From Lingula anatina (Eukaryota > Animalia > Brachiopoda): a stretch of 64,000 bases of DNA. The notes under the pieces were generated by a model. The model did no database searches. It was given only the letters and a program-made list of their open reading frames with translations, and had not been told where the DNA came from. The translations under genes were made by a program, and so were the position numbers. Positions 1 through 14,100 of this stretch are shown here, in pieces. Each line of letters begins with the position of its first letter. The stretch's first letter is position 1. The stretch spans positions 14,012,001 to 14,076,000 of the forward strand of contig CM120641.1 of the NCBI GenBank assembly GCA_051362555.1, given 5' to 3'.

Positions 1-1931
1 TTCCCATTGCTCATACACATTATATTATTAATATACCCCCCCCCCCCAAAAAAAAAAAAAATCGACCTTTAGCTTTCCATGTCATTTAAATACCGAAGTA
101 AACAGAATTATTATTTGCAAACCCAAGATCACAAGCATTACTTATCCCATGTAACGTTATATTCAACACGAAATCGTTTGGCAAATTTTCATTTAATATT
201 TTCTACATCTTGCGTTTCTGATAAACATTTTTGAATCCTACACAAACAAACAAGAGGTTTTTGCTTGCTTTCCCTGCGTTGTATAAAACACCAGTAAGCT
301 TCAATAATATATCCTAAATTTCTTGTGTGGTCTGTGCACAGTCATCAGATCTCATTTTATATAAATGCTGGTACCTTTCCCGAGCATGGGGGTGCCATCC
401 GCATTTGCGTTGAAGTGCTCTTGGGTCGTCAAGTTGTCCTAGAATCGATACATAGGGGCGGCTGGATGTTATTGTTGTCAAAGACGGGACATTATTCTTG
501 GGAAATGACAGGATAATACGTGCACACTCACTCTTGGATGCACGCCTGTTTGTTGGGACGATAATCCATATTTAATCTTGATCATAATATATGCTCTTGC
601 ATTATCACTAACACGACATGGTTTTCAATATGTGATAAAGACGTGTAATCAGCCAATGCGACGCAGTTAAATTTTCCGTGAAAAGATGTTTATTAACATT
701 TTAATGCCTCTTTTCTCCAAAGAACTAAAGCTACACTAATATTGCCCAACATATGACAGCATTACCTCCATTCAGAAAAACTCCAGAGATTCAACACGCT
801 TTAAACGTGTTCATGAACCTAAAATATCAGTTTTTTCCTCCTCGTGTACATATTAAGTCCTATTAAAGCACTTGCTAAATACAATATATATATACACACA
901 AAACACCTAAATATATTCCAAGATATAATTTTCAGTGAGGTTCACAAAAGCACATCTAAACACGGTTAAATCATGAAAAATAATTGCCCTGTCGTTTTTA
1001 TACTTTCTTATTCTTTACATTAAAAAGCTCGTACATCTTTTTCAGTCATAATAAATAAAATATTCAATCTGTTCGGTTTCAAATAAGCGGAAAAAAATTA
1101 AAGGCAAATAAAAATGAACAAATCATAACATATATAATAATCTAACCACATTCTGCACAAGGGATTTTCTGCATAGCCGAGAATCCTTGGATCTTCAATT
1201 AATGTAGTTCAAAATTTTCGGATAAATCCTCACATTGAGAAAAACTAAAATTAAAGAAAAATTAATTTATGCCATCAAATACGTAAGAATTTATTAATGC
1301 GATTTATTGAAATCTTCTAATCCAGAAACAACACCAAAACATCGGTTTTCAATATCTGATTTAAGTATGCGTTTTGAAATAAACAAATCGGAAATTTGAG
1401 CGGTACATCAGTCGTGCGATTTTTTTAAAACTAAAGTTACTCCAATTGCACCAAAATATCAAAATGTATAATAAAAATACACAAGATGAATATCAAAACT
1501 TCAAAATGTAGATAATAAAATTAAACAAAACGGTTTCCAAAACGAAACTCTAATACATCTAACAAGTCTCTATGACAAGTGCACAATACGATTATGTCTA
1601 TAATGAGTAAATCATTTTGCTAAGTCTGTAATTAATGCACTTAGTGCATTTAATTGTATCTCTATCACGATAAAAGGAACATTTTGTTTGTCATGTGTAA
1701 TTGTTGTTTGTCGGGTGTAGATATCATATTCAAACAGATTATTGGCATTTTGAAAAAGTACTGTTTAGTCAAAATTGCACAAATCTTTTGTCTAATAATA
1801 TTTATAAAGCCACAGTACGAACTTACTAAAGCTTGTCGTTTAATAATGCTGCGATTATGAACAATAATAATTATAAGAGTCGTGTCTTTTTATACTGACA
1901 GTCTTTTAAATGTCATTAAATTGTTCATAAA

Positions 1932-3233
1932 TTATAATGAGTTTTTCATTTCAACTTTTACTTCGGATGTTGTCGCTCCTTGACTGCTGGAGTTGGACGT
2001 TGGTTGTTGTGGGGAGACGCTCGGGTTAGCGTTATTCTGTCCCCCGGGTGAACTGACGTCTTGGCTATTTTCACTATCTTCCCCCTCTTTCTTTTCACTG
2101 TGCGTCTTAACGTGTTTCGCAAGATGATCACTACGCATAAACCGCTTGTTACATACGGGACAAGCAAAACGTTTCTCGCCTGTGTGAGTCCTCAGATGGC
2201 GTTGAAGTTCGTCTGAGCGAGTAAATCGCTTACCACAGAACAGCCAGTTACATACAAATGGCCGCTCTCCCGTGTGCCATCTCAGATGCGCCTTCAAATG
2301 TGAGGTTTTACCGTACACCTTTCCGCATCCAGGAATATGGCAACTGTGGATGTTTTTCTTCAAGTGAGCCCCCGCAGGACCCAGGCGCTCTGCCTCTTGG
2401 CAGTTCGGACAATCACATGTCGCTCGCCCTGAGTACCTGCGCTGAGAGCGCGGACTAGGCATCCCGCTCAAGCTAGGACGCGGGAGAAACGAACTGGCCA
2501 TGGTGGAGCTGGACAGGTCATTCTGTGACGGCAACATCGACTTGTAAGTGTCCTGTAAAAGGTGTTGTCCAGACGACAAGAACGGGGCAGGATTTGAGCT
2601 GAAGGGACCTAAAGCGTAATCCGAGGAGGGATAGTTAGTGTTTGAGATCGCTGTGTGAAGAGCACCCGTGGCCCCGGGGGCCTCTGAGAACCAGCTGGTC
2701 GGGGTAGAGTGAACGTCCCACCACGGAGACGTAGAAGCGACGCCGCTGCCGACGTCAGGGTGCTTTGGGATAGACGGATGTGAAGTGTTGAACGGCCACG
2801 ACTCGTAGGGATGACTAGAGACAGGCATGCGAGAGTACATACCTGAAAACCCTGAATTGCTCATGGCGGCGTTATCTGCGTGGACTTTTTGTATGATTGC
2901 CGAATTAGAGTCTGTCTGCCCCGTTGAAGTTGTCATGCTAGGGTACAACAATTCACTAGAGTAAGACGTGGGACCGGCCGTCGTGACCGAGGTCCGCGGG
3001 TAATTCAAACTACTGGTTGTCATCGAAGCGCTGAGGGCAGTCACGCGCTGTGGAGAGCCCAGTGAGAGTGATTGGCCGGCTGACGTGGGGGAGGTCGGAG
3101 GTGAAGTCTTTTTCCAGGGATGGAAGCCTTTCCCTACTGCAGCGTCCGCTAGCGGTGGCGGGCTTTTGTTGCTTATCTTGTTACACTGTGCGGCCAGCAT
3201 TGCTAGCGGTGTACCGCCAAAAGGGTGATGATC
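1932..3233 (-). CDS. Sp6-9: Sp6-9 (Sp8/Sp9-like) zinc-finger transcription factor, main coding exon
   Basis: ORF 1932..3344 contains the Sp box ([11 protein letters not shown]), the btd box [20 protein letters not shown] and three C2H2 fingers ([21 protein letters not shown]...[17 protein letters not shown]) of Sp8/9 type. Acceptor ..tttacag|GAT at 3233 is in frame (phase 0); the ORF portion 3234-3344 is intronic. Confidence 0.93.
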   Translation of the reverse strand, partial: DHHPFGGTPLAMLAAQCNKISNKSPPPLADAAVGKGFHPWKKTSPPTSPTSAGQSLSLGSPQRVTALSASMTTSSLNYPRTSVTTAGPTSYSSELLYPSMTTSTGQTDSNSAIIQKVHADNAAMSNSGFSGMYSRMPVSSHPYESWPFNTSHPSIPKHPDVGSGVASTSPWWDVHSTPTSWFSEAPGATGALHTAISNTNYPSSDYALGPFSSNPAPFLSSGQHLLQDTYKSMLPSQNDLSSSTMASSFLPRPSLSGMPSPRSQRRYSGRATCDCPNCQEAERLGPAGAHLKKNIHSCHIPGCGKVYGKTSHLKAHLRWHTGERPFVCNWLFCGKRFTRSDELQRHLRTHTGEKRFACPVCNKRFMRSDHLAKHVKTHSEKKEGEDSENSQDVSSPGGQNNANPSVSPQQPTSNSSSQGATTSEVKVEMKNSL

Positions 3234-4091
3234 CTGTAAAGATAAAAAACAGCAAAAATTAGAAAAAAGATTATATTTAATTAACACCTTATAATACAAA
3301 AAAAAAAAAACAATAATGAATAAACCAAAAATGAATATGCACAAATGGTTCTAGGTGTGCATTAAGCAGGAAATCAAAACGGGTCTTTCAGATTCAAAAA
3401 AAAAAGAAACAGTTCCATACTTTTCTCACCACATCAAGAAAACTCAAATATAACGTTACGCTCTTTTTTGTCTCTATTTATAACAGTACAAATCAAATAC
3501 TAACTAAACATCAATTGACATCCACTCCAGCCCAATAAGGAAGCTCTTCAGATTGAAGAGGTAGATAATTTAATTGCTTCCGGACCTCAAAAAACTCGGA
3601 CCGACTTGGCCAGAACTATTGGCGCGTCGCGCACAGCTATAACTCACTTTTACGAAGTTCTGCACAGTGGTGCAGCAGTTTAAACACTGGTGTATAGCAT
3701 TCAACTTTTACCCACCGCAGACTCAACGTGATCTGAGGATAGTAGCCTACTTCACCACCAGAAACAATTAAATAATATTAAAATCACAATCACTGCTATG
3801 ATTCTATATCTCCAGCAATCGTTTTCCCCCCTTTTTTTAATACCAACAATTTCTCTGTTACATTTTCTGCTTAATTACGCCTACCAATATAATGTTCCCC
3901 GTTGTGCATTCCTATCAAAATTTCACTCGATATTTCGGTTCAATTTAAGCTGTTTGGGTTGCTTTGAAAATTTCTTTAATGATCACTTTCAATTTTGAGA
4001 AAGTTTCTTGATGCTCAGTAGGGAAGTCTGCAGATCAGAAAGTATGCCTCAAATAGCATAATTCCGCACGTGCCCTTTGTCATGTAAAAGT

Positions 4092-4094
<3 letters not shown>

Positions 4095-4130
<36 letters not shown>

Positions 4131-4165
4131 AGAGAGAGAGATAGCTGTAGCTGTAGCTGTAACTG
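4095..4165. repeat. (AG)n microsatellite followed by (TAGCTG)n in the Sp6-9 intron
   Basis: Directly visible; explains the spurious RERERE/SLSLSL ORFs. Confidence 0.95.
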
Positions 4166-5286
4166 TGAAGATGAGGATCCCGTTTTCGATGCTCTGCATA
4201 AAAAACATACAAAAGAAAAAAAAACGCGATTTAACACAATAGTAAACACACGACACAAACCCAGTATGTCAATGTCTTCTACCTCTTCAGTTTACCGCCA
4301 TACAACGATGTTCATCGACGCTTTTGACAGTTAAAATAATAATCGTGCTTCTTTATAAGTAGCCCCCACAGAAAACAAGCACTAATTACACCCAATTAGA
4401 TTTGTAAAATGTGGTAGTAAGCTATCACCTTTGCCCGGACTGCTACAGTTAATAATACCATGACGCGTGTACATGTTCTGATGTTCGCTGTGATTACTCA
4501 CAACAAACCAGCCTCAAGAACTCGAGGTGGTACTTATTTTTCAAAGGAGCAGCTTAATTTTTTTTTCTGCAGTTCTAAACATTGAGCCTTTGTTAAGGTG
4601 TTTCTCTGGTCTTTTTTTTTGTTCGGTTTAAAACCATGAGCGTTCTGTGTGATACAAGTCATTGAAAAAAATCCATTCGCAGAGTTGTCAAGGAAACATG
4701 CTTTTTTTTCTCTCTCTTTCTAATCAACCTGTAAAGAACACAGAAGACCGAGCCAGTCTGGCGCCTGGCGGCCCGCATAGACTTGTATCCTGTGCAGACT
4801 TAATTGCAGAGGCGGCCACCGTATCTTCTACTTTTTAAAAAGTCCCTCACTCACTAACGTTGTCTACAGTACATAAGTAATTAATGTCACGTGTCTTGCG
4901 TCTCTTGATACACTCGAGTCCGTCTCAGGCTTTACTTCTTTTAACATCCCGGCCCCTCCCCACCCGGCCCACTTTCCACCTCTCTAAACAAATACTTTAC
5001 GCTCCAGAACCCAAAGAGCCTGCCTCTTTCACACTGAACTTTGTGAAGAGAACGTGGCGGTTTCCCGACGCTGAAAAGTATGGGGAATTTTATATTGTAC
5101 TGCACAAAACCTGTAGGTACCCACTGCCGTTGGTATAAATCAGAAGAAAAGCACAGTCTAAGATCGCTCTTTAATCGCACCGAATGTCGCCCTATGTCAT
5201 TGAGAAGAGTTCATGATTACTGTAATCAAAAAGACTCATTCAAAAAATACGTGTTTATTAAAGTACTTAACCCTCCGTGAACTTAC

Positions 5287-5361
5287 CGATTTCGTGCTAC
5301 TATCATCTACACTTATCTGCGGAATCGCTATTGTTAATCCACCGTCGAACAAGTCAAACAT
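5287..5361 (-). CDS. Sp6-9: Probable first coding exon of Sp6-9 (MFDLFDGGLTIAIPQISVDDSSTKS)
   Basis: aaaATG at 5361, 25 open codons, strong donor TCG|gtaagt, phase 0 matching the acceptor at 3233. No homology support recognised. Confidence 0.55.
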
Positions 5362-8300
5362 TTTGCAAAACAAACTTTAACTTTTGTTAATCCCACTCCC
5401 CAGTTCCAGTGTCGTTAGTTGTTCCTTCGACGAATTTGAATACGGTTCTGATAGAAGATCCCTTAAGAGGCAGAATGCATTGCGACACGTCGAATGCAAA
5501 TTAATATTGATAATTATGTTAATGTTTTGTGTTTTCATCCACTTAAGGTTTGATGACAGACAGATGAGGATAGTAATGCAAATCCGCGTTAAAAACGGGC
5601 TATCGTCAGGTGAGCACTAAGATGAATAGGGAAGAGAAAGGGCTTTAAGTGCAGTCGCCTGAGAGAATTTAAGTATTCCCTCTCGGTGGGTCGCTCGCAG
5701 ATTCTCCCTCGGTCATTTCGCATGTGCCGAGAACGCTTAGCAGTTTTGCTCGGCTCCGCAAAGCTTGTACGGTGACAAAGGACCCAGTCCCATCAGTCGC
5801 GGCGTTCCCATGTTTGAAACTGCGGGTTTTTCAATATTTCTACAAGAGCCACACTGAGTTCAAACTGTCCTAATCCCATACCCCTTCCACTTCATTAACT
5901 TGACTTGAGTAAATGACTTCCAATGTTCAATCCAGGTGGATGGATTGTGCCCCTGTCTTACTCATGGAATCAGTATTCAGCTGCACTCTACTACACAAAA
6001 CCGGCTTAGATATTAAAAAAGTTTATTGCGGGGGTTTATGTTATGCGGACAGATGCAACTTTATCAGAGACGACGATGGCATAAATACAGATTCTAATTA
6101 ATAGCATATAAAAACGAAATAGAGCATGTTAATTAAAATATCACCAGATTGCGTTTGAGAAAAAAATGCATAGATTAAGAATTGACATATCCTCCGGCAT
6201 CTCTCGAGAATATTGCGCTCCGACAGTCAGACGCCATCCTCTGCGTCTGAATCCAAAATAATAGAATTCTACATGGTCATAAAGAAATGCTTGTCAGCTG
6301 GTGAAAAGAAGAGGAATGTTGGAGTGTGAGAACCGCATTATGTATGCATAATTCACTTTCACTCATGTCATATCATCTTTACAAAATGCATGAAAAATTA
6401 ACCGATGCCCATTGATAGGGGGAAGATTTGAATAATATTTTTATATCTATTGCAGCTCTCGGTATTATTTATTACAGGACTACCCATATTTTCACTCTTC
6501 TTTTTTTCTGTTTCTGCTAAGGCATCCGCCCGTTCATGTGTCATGTTGACAGACGTCGTATTTGCTCACACTATATACTCGTCAAGTTCCGATAATTTTC
6601 CGTGTCGTCCTGCAATTTTCCTAAGACAACTTTATTTTGTCCACTTCCGCATCAAGCACGTCACCCACTCTATGCCTTGAATCATCACTAAACGATGAAG
6701 TTCCACGCAAATCTCCCATCTTGAAATCGACATTCCGTGAAAATCGATTCCCAAACCCCCTTGTTCTCTTGTACCATTGTTATAACTTCTTATCTGTCTT
6801 TTGTCTCCGGAGAACGATTGAAGTGAATCAAAAATAGTGTTGTTATTATCTATCTATGTCTGGAAACATGATGATGATGTCTTTATTATCTTTGGTTAAC
6901 TCACAGGACGTAACTTTATAGCTGATAACATGCCACAATCAAGTTAGCGGGAATTACCTTGTTGACAATCCCCTTCCTTCAGCATTATGTGGGCATGATA
7001 GCTTTCAATAAAATAAATGAGTATTTTACAATGTCAATTTCACCATTCATAATACACTCAAACAATCCAGCTATCATAATTTAAATCCGTATATTAAAAA
7101 ATAGACTTTTGGCATGCCAATTGCATCAGCTGAAAATAAATTAATTTTTGACATGAGAGCTTATATTTGGATGATTTTTGGCCGTTGAGTAAATGCCCTT
7201 GCTTTTATATTTTAAAGCTGTTTAAAAGCAAATATATATCCAAGTTTTAATTTAACCTACATCCCGTAGCAAAAGTACTGGCGAATACTTTCCAAGTAGA
7301 CAAAGATAAATATTCAAGACATAGCCCTTGTACATTCAAGTTGGAGTTAATTCTTTGGGGAAATTTTATCGGAAAGCTCACGAAATCTCTTCGGTTATTT
7401 GATATAGCACCATGGTCACAGGTAATGGAACTCAAAACTTAGGAAAGATAATTTTCTTACTTTTAATTTATGCAAGATAGGTGTTCACTCAAATATACAT
7501 ATTCACAGATGTAGCAAAAGTTACGCAAAAGATGAATAATTATACCATGAAGCAACGTACTGCGTCACCCTTACCAGTTTATTCAAATGGCCGTTCATTT
7601 TCAAAGAAGAACGATAACTGACCAATGACCAAACCGCGGACTAGGACAGCACGTAAATCAAGACCAAAGCAGCCTCCAACCGCGTTTAACGTCACTCTAA
7701 CATGTAACCTGCTGTTCACTAATGAACATCACAAAACCCTTTCAACATAAGTCAATCTCAAGTAGGTCGATGGAATAATAAGGAGAAACAGAGCTTACCA
7801 CTAAGAGGAATATTTACAAAATTGAGAAGAATAGGGGGATATTAAGAAAGGTTCTACTCTTGGCAATTCTTCATATTATTAGTCAGTTAAGAGTACAGCT
7901 GCTAATTTTAGATTTGATGAAGCTTCAGGGTAAAAAGCCCTCTGCGTGTGATAAAGCAGTAAATGAACAACAAATAGACACAACCGCCCTTCGCTGAGAG
8001 AACCTGCACGGGTAAATTAAACCTTTCTTCCCCGTGAGTATAAATCAAATCCAATACGAAAGTCTTTCCCAATCATTCACCAATACTTTTCGGTCATTAA
8101 GTCGGGGTGTGACTAGCACAAAAGCAGTGGCAAAAGCAAAATAGGAATTACTCGACTGAGGCAAAAAAAATAATGATACAAATAGTTCACCGTGCTTTGA
8201 TTTTTGCTTGTTGTATGCAATTATTTTTCCCCGACTGTAACAAAGAGAATGTTCTGCAAACCAAATGAGGGCAAGAATTTTAACTCATTACAGCGATCTT

Positions 8301-11134
8301 TATCTAAAGGTGAAATAAAGGGCATGCCAATTGTTACCACGAGATTTTAGCATGTTTAGGTAGTGATGATGTTAATAAAATACTGTGTTAGTACGTTAAA
8401 ATGGCGCAATTCTGAACCAAAATGTTTCGTTGAAAATGCATTTTGATCTCTACAACAGTGACTGAAAAAAAATTAGTATTTAACCTCCTAAAAAAAAACG
8501 ATATTTCTTTTCTTAAGTAACCTGAATTTGATAAATGCCCCGTCCAGAATATGATTCATTGCACTAATAAATTAAATGTAATATTTTATCTCAATGCAGC
8601 CCAAGCAATTGTTCCATTCTGTTTAAATATTCCTTATATTACTACATGAAATTTACCTCATAAATATTCTACAGATATTTCAGATTCTCAAGTGCTATTT
8701 TCTTTTTTCCTAGTGATAATACGATTTTCATATATAAAAGCAGTATTTCTTTTAAGGAGTTAAAAATCACTTTTTCATTCCCCCCCTTTGTTTATACCTC
8801 TTGTTCAACGAGTATATTAGACGGATTTAATTTTAAATTTTTTTCAGTGCTGTATGATAATACACGATAAAAATGGAATCATGCATAAACATGGTGTCAT
8901 CAGAATATAAATTATTGTTGATAACGCTATCTCCCGTAATTTGCTGGGATATCATCGATGACAGACATCACTGGCAGACCCCGTTTTTATGCCTCTTAAT
9001 TGGCCGTCAAATGAGGGGGCTGGAAAAATTATATGGCATACCCCATTAAGCTACCACAAGATCAGAGTCTCAAATAATTAAAACAAAAGCGTCACCGAGA
9101 AATAAAAAAACATCAAATTTCGGTGCACGCGTTCAGCGTACATAACATTAGGATGCCACCTTCACTAAATGATAAAAATATTAATAAATATATATCATTA
9201 CGTCCTTTCATGTATAATATAGCACTGAAATACCTCCAAAAGTCACATGTAATTGCAAGAATGCCTGCATATTGAAAAAAAATCAAAACCTTGGGTTTAG
9301 TTACCGTGGGATTTTAATCGACGCACACATTTAATCCATGTTTTACACGTTAAGTCATGCACGAGACATTGTCTCCTATTCCAGCAAAGTCAAAGAAATG
9401 CGAAAATATTAGCGAATAACTTGAAGAGACGATAGTGATAGTGTGTGTCTGTTTAAGTAAGTAATTGCTCAGCAAACAGGTAAAACAGGACTGGTATAGT
9501 CACAGAACAAGTAAATCAGTAGATAAACAATTATGCACTAAGAGCTCTTAATTACGCAACAGAGGTGAGCACGATGAAAGGCAATTGGTTTGGAGTGAAA
9601 ATATTGTCAAATGTTAACAGAGACGTTTTTATAGAATAGTCATTAAAAGTCATTTTCCGCGATTAAAAAAAACTGATTCAGTTTCATTAGGGAGAAAAGT
9701 TTTAGGCTGCCTTATGCATTCAACCGATATATGTAATGAAATATTCACCCTTAACATATTGGTACTTACTGCGTAGTTATAAACTGGGAGCATCATTCTA
9801 CTGAAATGCCCGTCACATTGAGAAACCAAATAGGCGTTTTTGTTGATCTCGCAGCAGCAGAAAAAAAATCACAAAACCAAGATGTTGAATAATTCTGTCC
9901 TGTGGTTAGCCCTATCTGACTCAATAAGAATAGCTGGCCGTCCCAAAGGTTATCTCCTTCTAAAGCTTGAAGTGCACAGAGGCGGAGAGGAGGTTGGCCC
10001 TGACCGGCTAACTATAAACTAACTTCTCTCGGTACTACCTACCCCTAGAATGCCTGCCGCCATGATCCGGGATAGTTATGAAGGCTGGCCGATTTTCACG
10101 TCGGTTGCTCTGCAACTCAATCGTTGATGTTACTCTATACAACAAGGTGTAGATCGTAAACGCTTAGACACGCCCACTGCCGGGGCCATTGTATGTCGAG
10201 ACCTTTATTTTGATCTGCCGCCGTTACTTAATGAGGTTGGGCCACTGACACATCCACCGATGATTGATTGCTCACATGACACCCCTGACCCATTTGTTGA
10301 TATACAAAACAACCTCTCGCTTCGAAGGAGTTCAACTCATCTGCAAAAAACTCGACAATGATTGGTTGGAATTTTTGGAGGGGTGTTGTCAACATGTTAT
10401 CATGATAGTGGTAATATTCGTAAATCTTTGTAAGATAATGTGAGTTTTTGTTAAAGGATTCTTTTCGAATGCATCAGTAAATATAAGTTTTTCTTCACCC
10501 ATTGACATCGCAGAACGATTACCTGAAAGTCCGAAAAGTTCAGATAACTTCTTTGTACTTTTCGCTTGGCATGATGGCTATAACCACACTGTCGCTGCTT
10601 CGAAAATAATTTAACATAGAACAGAGAAATTAAAAAACCACAGAAAGTGAACGCAATTATTTTTGCGTTACCCATCTAAATAAAAACTGCTATAAAACCA
10701 CGAATTCCGTAGTGCAATTATCTGAACCGCAAACAACTTAGAATAATTACTGGATTATTAACAAATTAACTATTTTGAAACTTAAATATATTTTTTATTC
10801 CATTTGCCTTTTTCTTCTTTTCCGTTCTTTTTCTTTTGCAGTTAAAAAATTTAAAAAAAAAAGCTGCAGTTTTCTTAAGATTCTGTTTAAGTTAAATTTC
10901 AAAGTAAAGTGGACAAATATGGAACAGTCTAGATCTATACTTATTGATATTTACACTATTTTTAAACAACTGTTTACTATCTCCACTATATTACAAAAAC
11001 ATCATTTTATGTTATGGAACTGCTTAGCTTTAGCGATGTCTTGTCATCACTTCTGCAAATAAACAAAACTTGTATAATGTACTATTGTTAGCTCATAGTC
11101 TTTTTTTGTGTTACAGTGAGTAATGAAAAAAAAA

Positions 11135-11135
<1 letters not shown>

Positions 11136-11183
<48 letters not shown>
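11136..11183. repeat. (ATT)16 microsatellite
   Basis: Directly visible. Confidence 0.95.
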
Positions 11184-11184
<1 letters not shown>

Positions 11185-14100
11185 CACCACAATATGTTCC
11201 TACATGCAACACGCTGATACATATCTTACGTCGCCCTGCAATAATTTCCCAGTTGAAAACTTTCAACACTATGGTCTAAATAATGACCAAACCATTTATC
11301 ACGCCATAATTTTTGCACTAAGAAAGTACCTGATCACTTGAATAATACCCAGTCTTCGGGGGTCCCCTCCAGCGACCGTAAATCACAACGTCCAGCGTGA
11401 CAGCTGGGCACTTAACCACGGGAACTATCAAACTCCCTTAGTCGAAGTTAATCAGCTTCTTACAACTGTTGGACATTGACTACCCTCTAATTTTCTCCGG
11501 CAGTCAATAGAGGGAGTCGTCAAGGGTAAGTTTATCATAATCGAATGATGCAACATACAACCGGATCACTTAACTTTAATTTACTTCAAGGCTATGGATA
11601 ATTTTGCCACCATTTCCTCCACTAACAAGTATGTGACCTTGGGGGGAACCCCTATGTTACACCACTCCCCCGCCCCGTCCGGCCTAATGACGCAGCAAGG
11701 GCGTTGCTAGCCGGCCCCAAGGAGGGAGAGGGTGGGAACGTGGGACCCAAGCGTGTAATTCGCCCACGAGTTTAAGTTCTATCATAGGAATAAAACATTT
11801 AAGAAGCACCTGCCTCAATTCTAATAATTATACATTTAGTCTATGATTATCAATAATAACAAAAGGAATGGAAGAAAAACTACGCGACTGCAGTGTACAG
11901 ACTCAATAATAGTCGTTTTCAAGAAACACAAAAAATGCTATACAGATTAAGCTGCACATCTCTAGACAATAATAGACTAACCTCGGTGAAAAAAGAATGC
12001 ACAGAGTGAGGATAGATTGTTAAAAATCAAACCTCTGTTTATTGCACTTAACTGATGGTTTTCGCCAGTTGCAGTCAGCCATCACTGATTGCCACTTGAC
12101 TCGGTTGCTGCAGCAAAAGTTTTGGTGCAATTACCCGTGATTATGCCGCAAGCATTGCCAATAAACTCATTAAGTAAAAAGCGCGTCACGAGAGCTCATC
12201 TTTGCAATAATAAAGACTCATAACTCATCAGGCAAAAACCCACAACAGGGTCGTGACTTCAGCGCCTCCAATTTGGAAAATGCACTCGAAAAATCGATGT
12301 CCCCGCAACTCAAGCAAACAATTTTTCAAAATCATCTTTAAAGTTAAAAAATGCCAGTAATAAACCTATCCTCTTCGCAAGCTACTTTCAAAATTGATAA
12401 CAGAAATGAAACTTTTTTTTTTGAAATTATAAATAGTCTTTTAATGATGAATTGCCGCTACCTTACAGGATTTCAGTCGAGACAAACGCGCTGTGCAGCG
12501 AATCACCGACTTCCTGCAAAACCTTAAATAACAGAAGCTCATTGTCGCTCGACTGGTTGTCATGAAGTTGGAAGAAAATTCGCTCAATATTAGAGAAAAA
12601 AGTTTTGGGTAGACCACGATTGGCTGCACAAATAATGCTCGTAATGAACCACTAGCGCAGGGAATTTGTGAATTTGCTGAAAAGCATTGTCTATGTATGA
12701 GAAGCGGCCTGCTGGGAGCTCAACAAAGCCGTGCACTTCCACTGACTGCGAGGCCACAAAGAACGCACCACCGTCAAAGACGGCTTCCCCGTCAACCCGA
12801 GCACTCTTCAGGTGTTCGCAGTAGATTCTCAATGGCTAGCGGCACTTTAATCTTCGCCAAATTACATTGTAAATCTGAGAGGATTTGTTGTTGAGATAAG
12901 CCGCACTAGCCATGTCAAGACAGAAAAAAGAGAAAATATGCGTGCGGTTAAAAACACCTGATCGTCCAGGGCTTTGAAAATTTCATTAAAATGTTACATC
13001 TTCCGTTTTGTTCTAGTTATCAGTATTTTCCCTCTTGGTCTGTAAATTTAGGTAATGCGTTTCGTTCTTTAATCATGCAGCTGGTTGACCAAATTCATAA
13101 AAACATAAAGAAAAGACGTTCTCAGCACGAAAACACTAATATGTGTGCACGCGGTCGTAATAATGTGTACAAACGTCAGGCGATGGACCCAGAATCAACC
13201 TCTATTTCTTATTTCATCTCTTTAATTTCATAAGAGTTGTTTTCGTGCCAGTTAAAGCATTTAGTTTTCAGCACAATACATTTTCGCGCGATATAGGAGA
13301 TAATATTGGGAGTGGTTATCGGCGTATTTTTTCAACAAAAACGAATGAGACAATGAAAAGATAGAAGTAGCAAACTAGCATTTCGTTAATAAAATGGGCG
13401 GCTTTGAAATGACAAAGACATAAATAAAAAGGTAAATTATTTAGGACGAAACACTGCAAGATAAAAGGTAACAAGTGCCAAGGCGGTAAGGAACCCATTA
13501 ACAAGCGGCTAAATGTTGAATAATAAATACTGTTCCTTTAGTTTATGATAAAGACTAGTTTGTGCCTTATATTTTCCTTTTCCCGATATATATAAATAAT
13601 GACTGAACGCTTCATACATGCTAGTTATGAATCGTTCTAGCAAAACCCACAATAAATCAAGGTAACAACATACTTTTACGTGGGTCCCATATTATCATCA
13701 TTTGAGTACTGCAAAAATAGATTTATAGATAATGTAAATTAATAATTGCCCAACCAGCAGATCGTTTGTTAAGTAAGCCATCAGCAAAAAATGCACTGTT
13801 TCACTACACTTGCTTCAAGTTTTTTGCTATCATGTTATTGCTATAAATACATTCTTTACAAAAGTCTAAAATACAATAAATTATGGAGAAAAGTAATTAA
13901 TGCTACAACACCGTTTTTAAATGACCAAGTTAGAGTCTCTGATAACCGTTAATGTTCACAACGTCTGTTACAGCATGCAGTTGGTTTAATGAAGACATTA
14001 AATTATCAAGTATTTTATGGCTTATGACACGCGTGACTTTGTTGCCACTCTGCCATCAGCGTCATCCCGCAAACAAGAATGTAGTAGTTAATTATTTAGA

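Noticed and set aside
315-348. CTGATGA...GAAA on the minus strand (also + strand near 54152)
   Set aside because: No properly closed stem II or stem III, so not a hammerhead.
3234-3344. Hydrophobic N-terminal extension of the 470-aa Sp6-9 ORF (likewise 30336-30431 for Sp5)
   Set aside because: T-rich intron ends read through in frame; clear acceptors precede the conserved sequence.
4015-4334. ORFs with RERE/SLSL repeats
   Set aside because: Translations of the (AG)n microsatellite.
12590-12832. Protein-looking 80-aa minus-strand ORF in a GC-richer patch
   Set aside because: No recognisable domain or supporting exon chain; more likely regulatory DNA.
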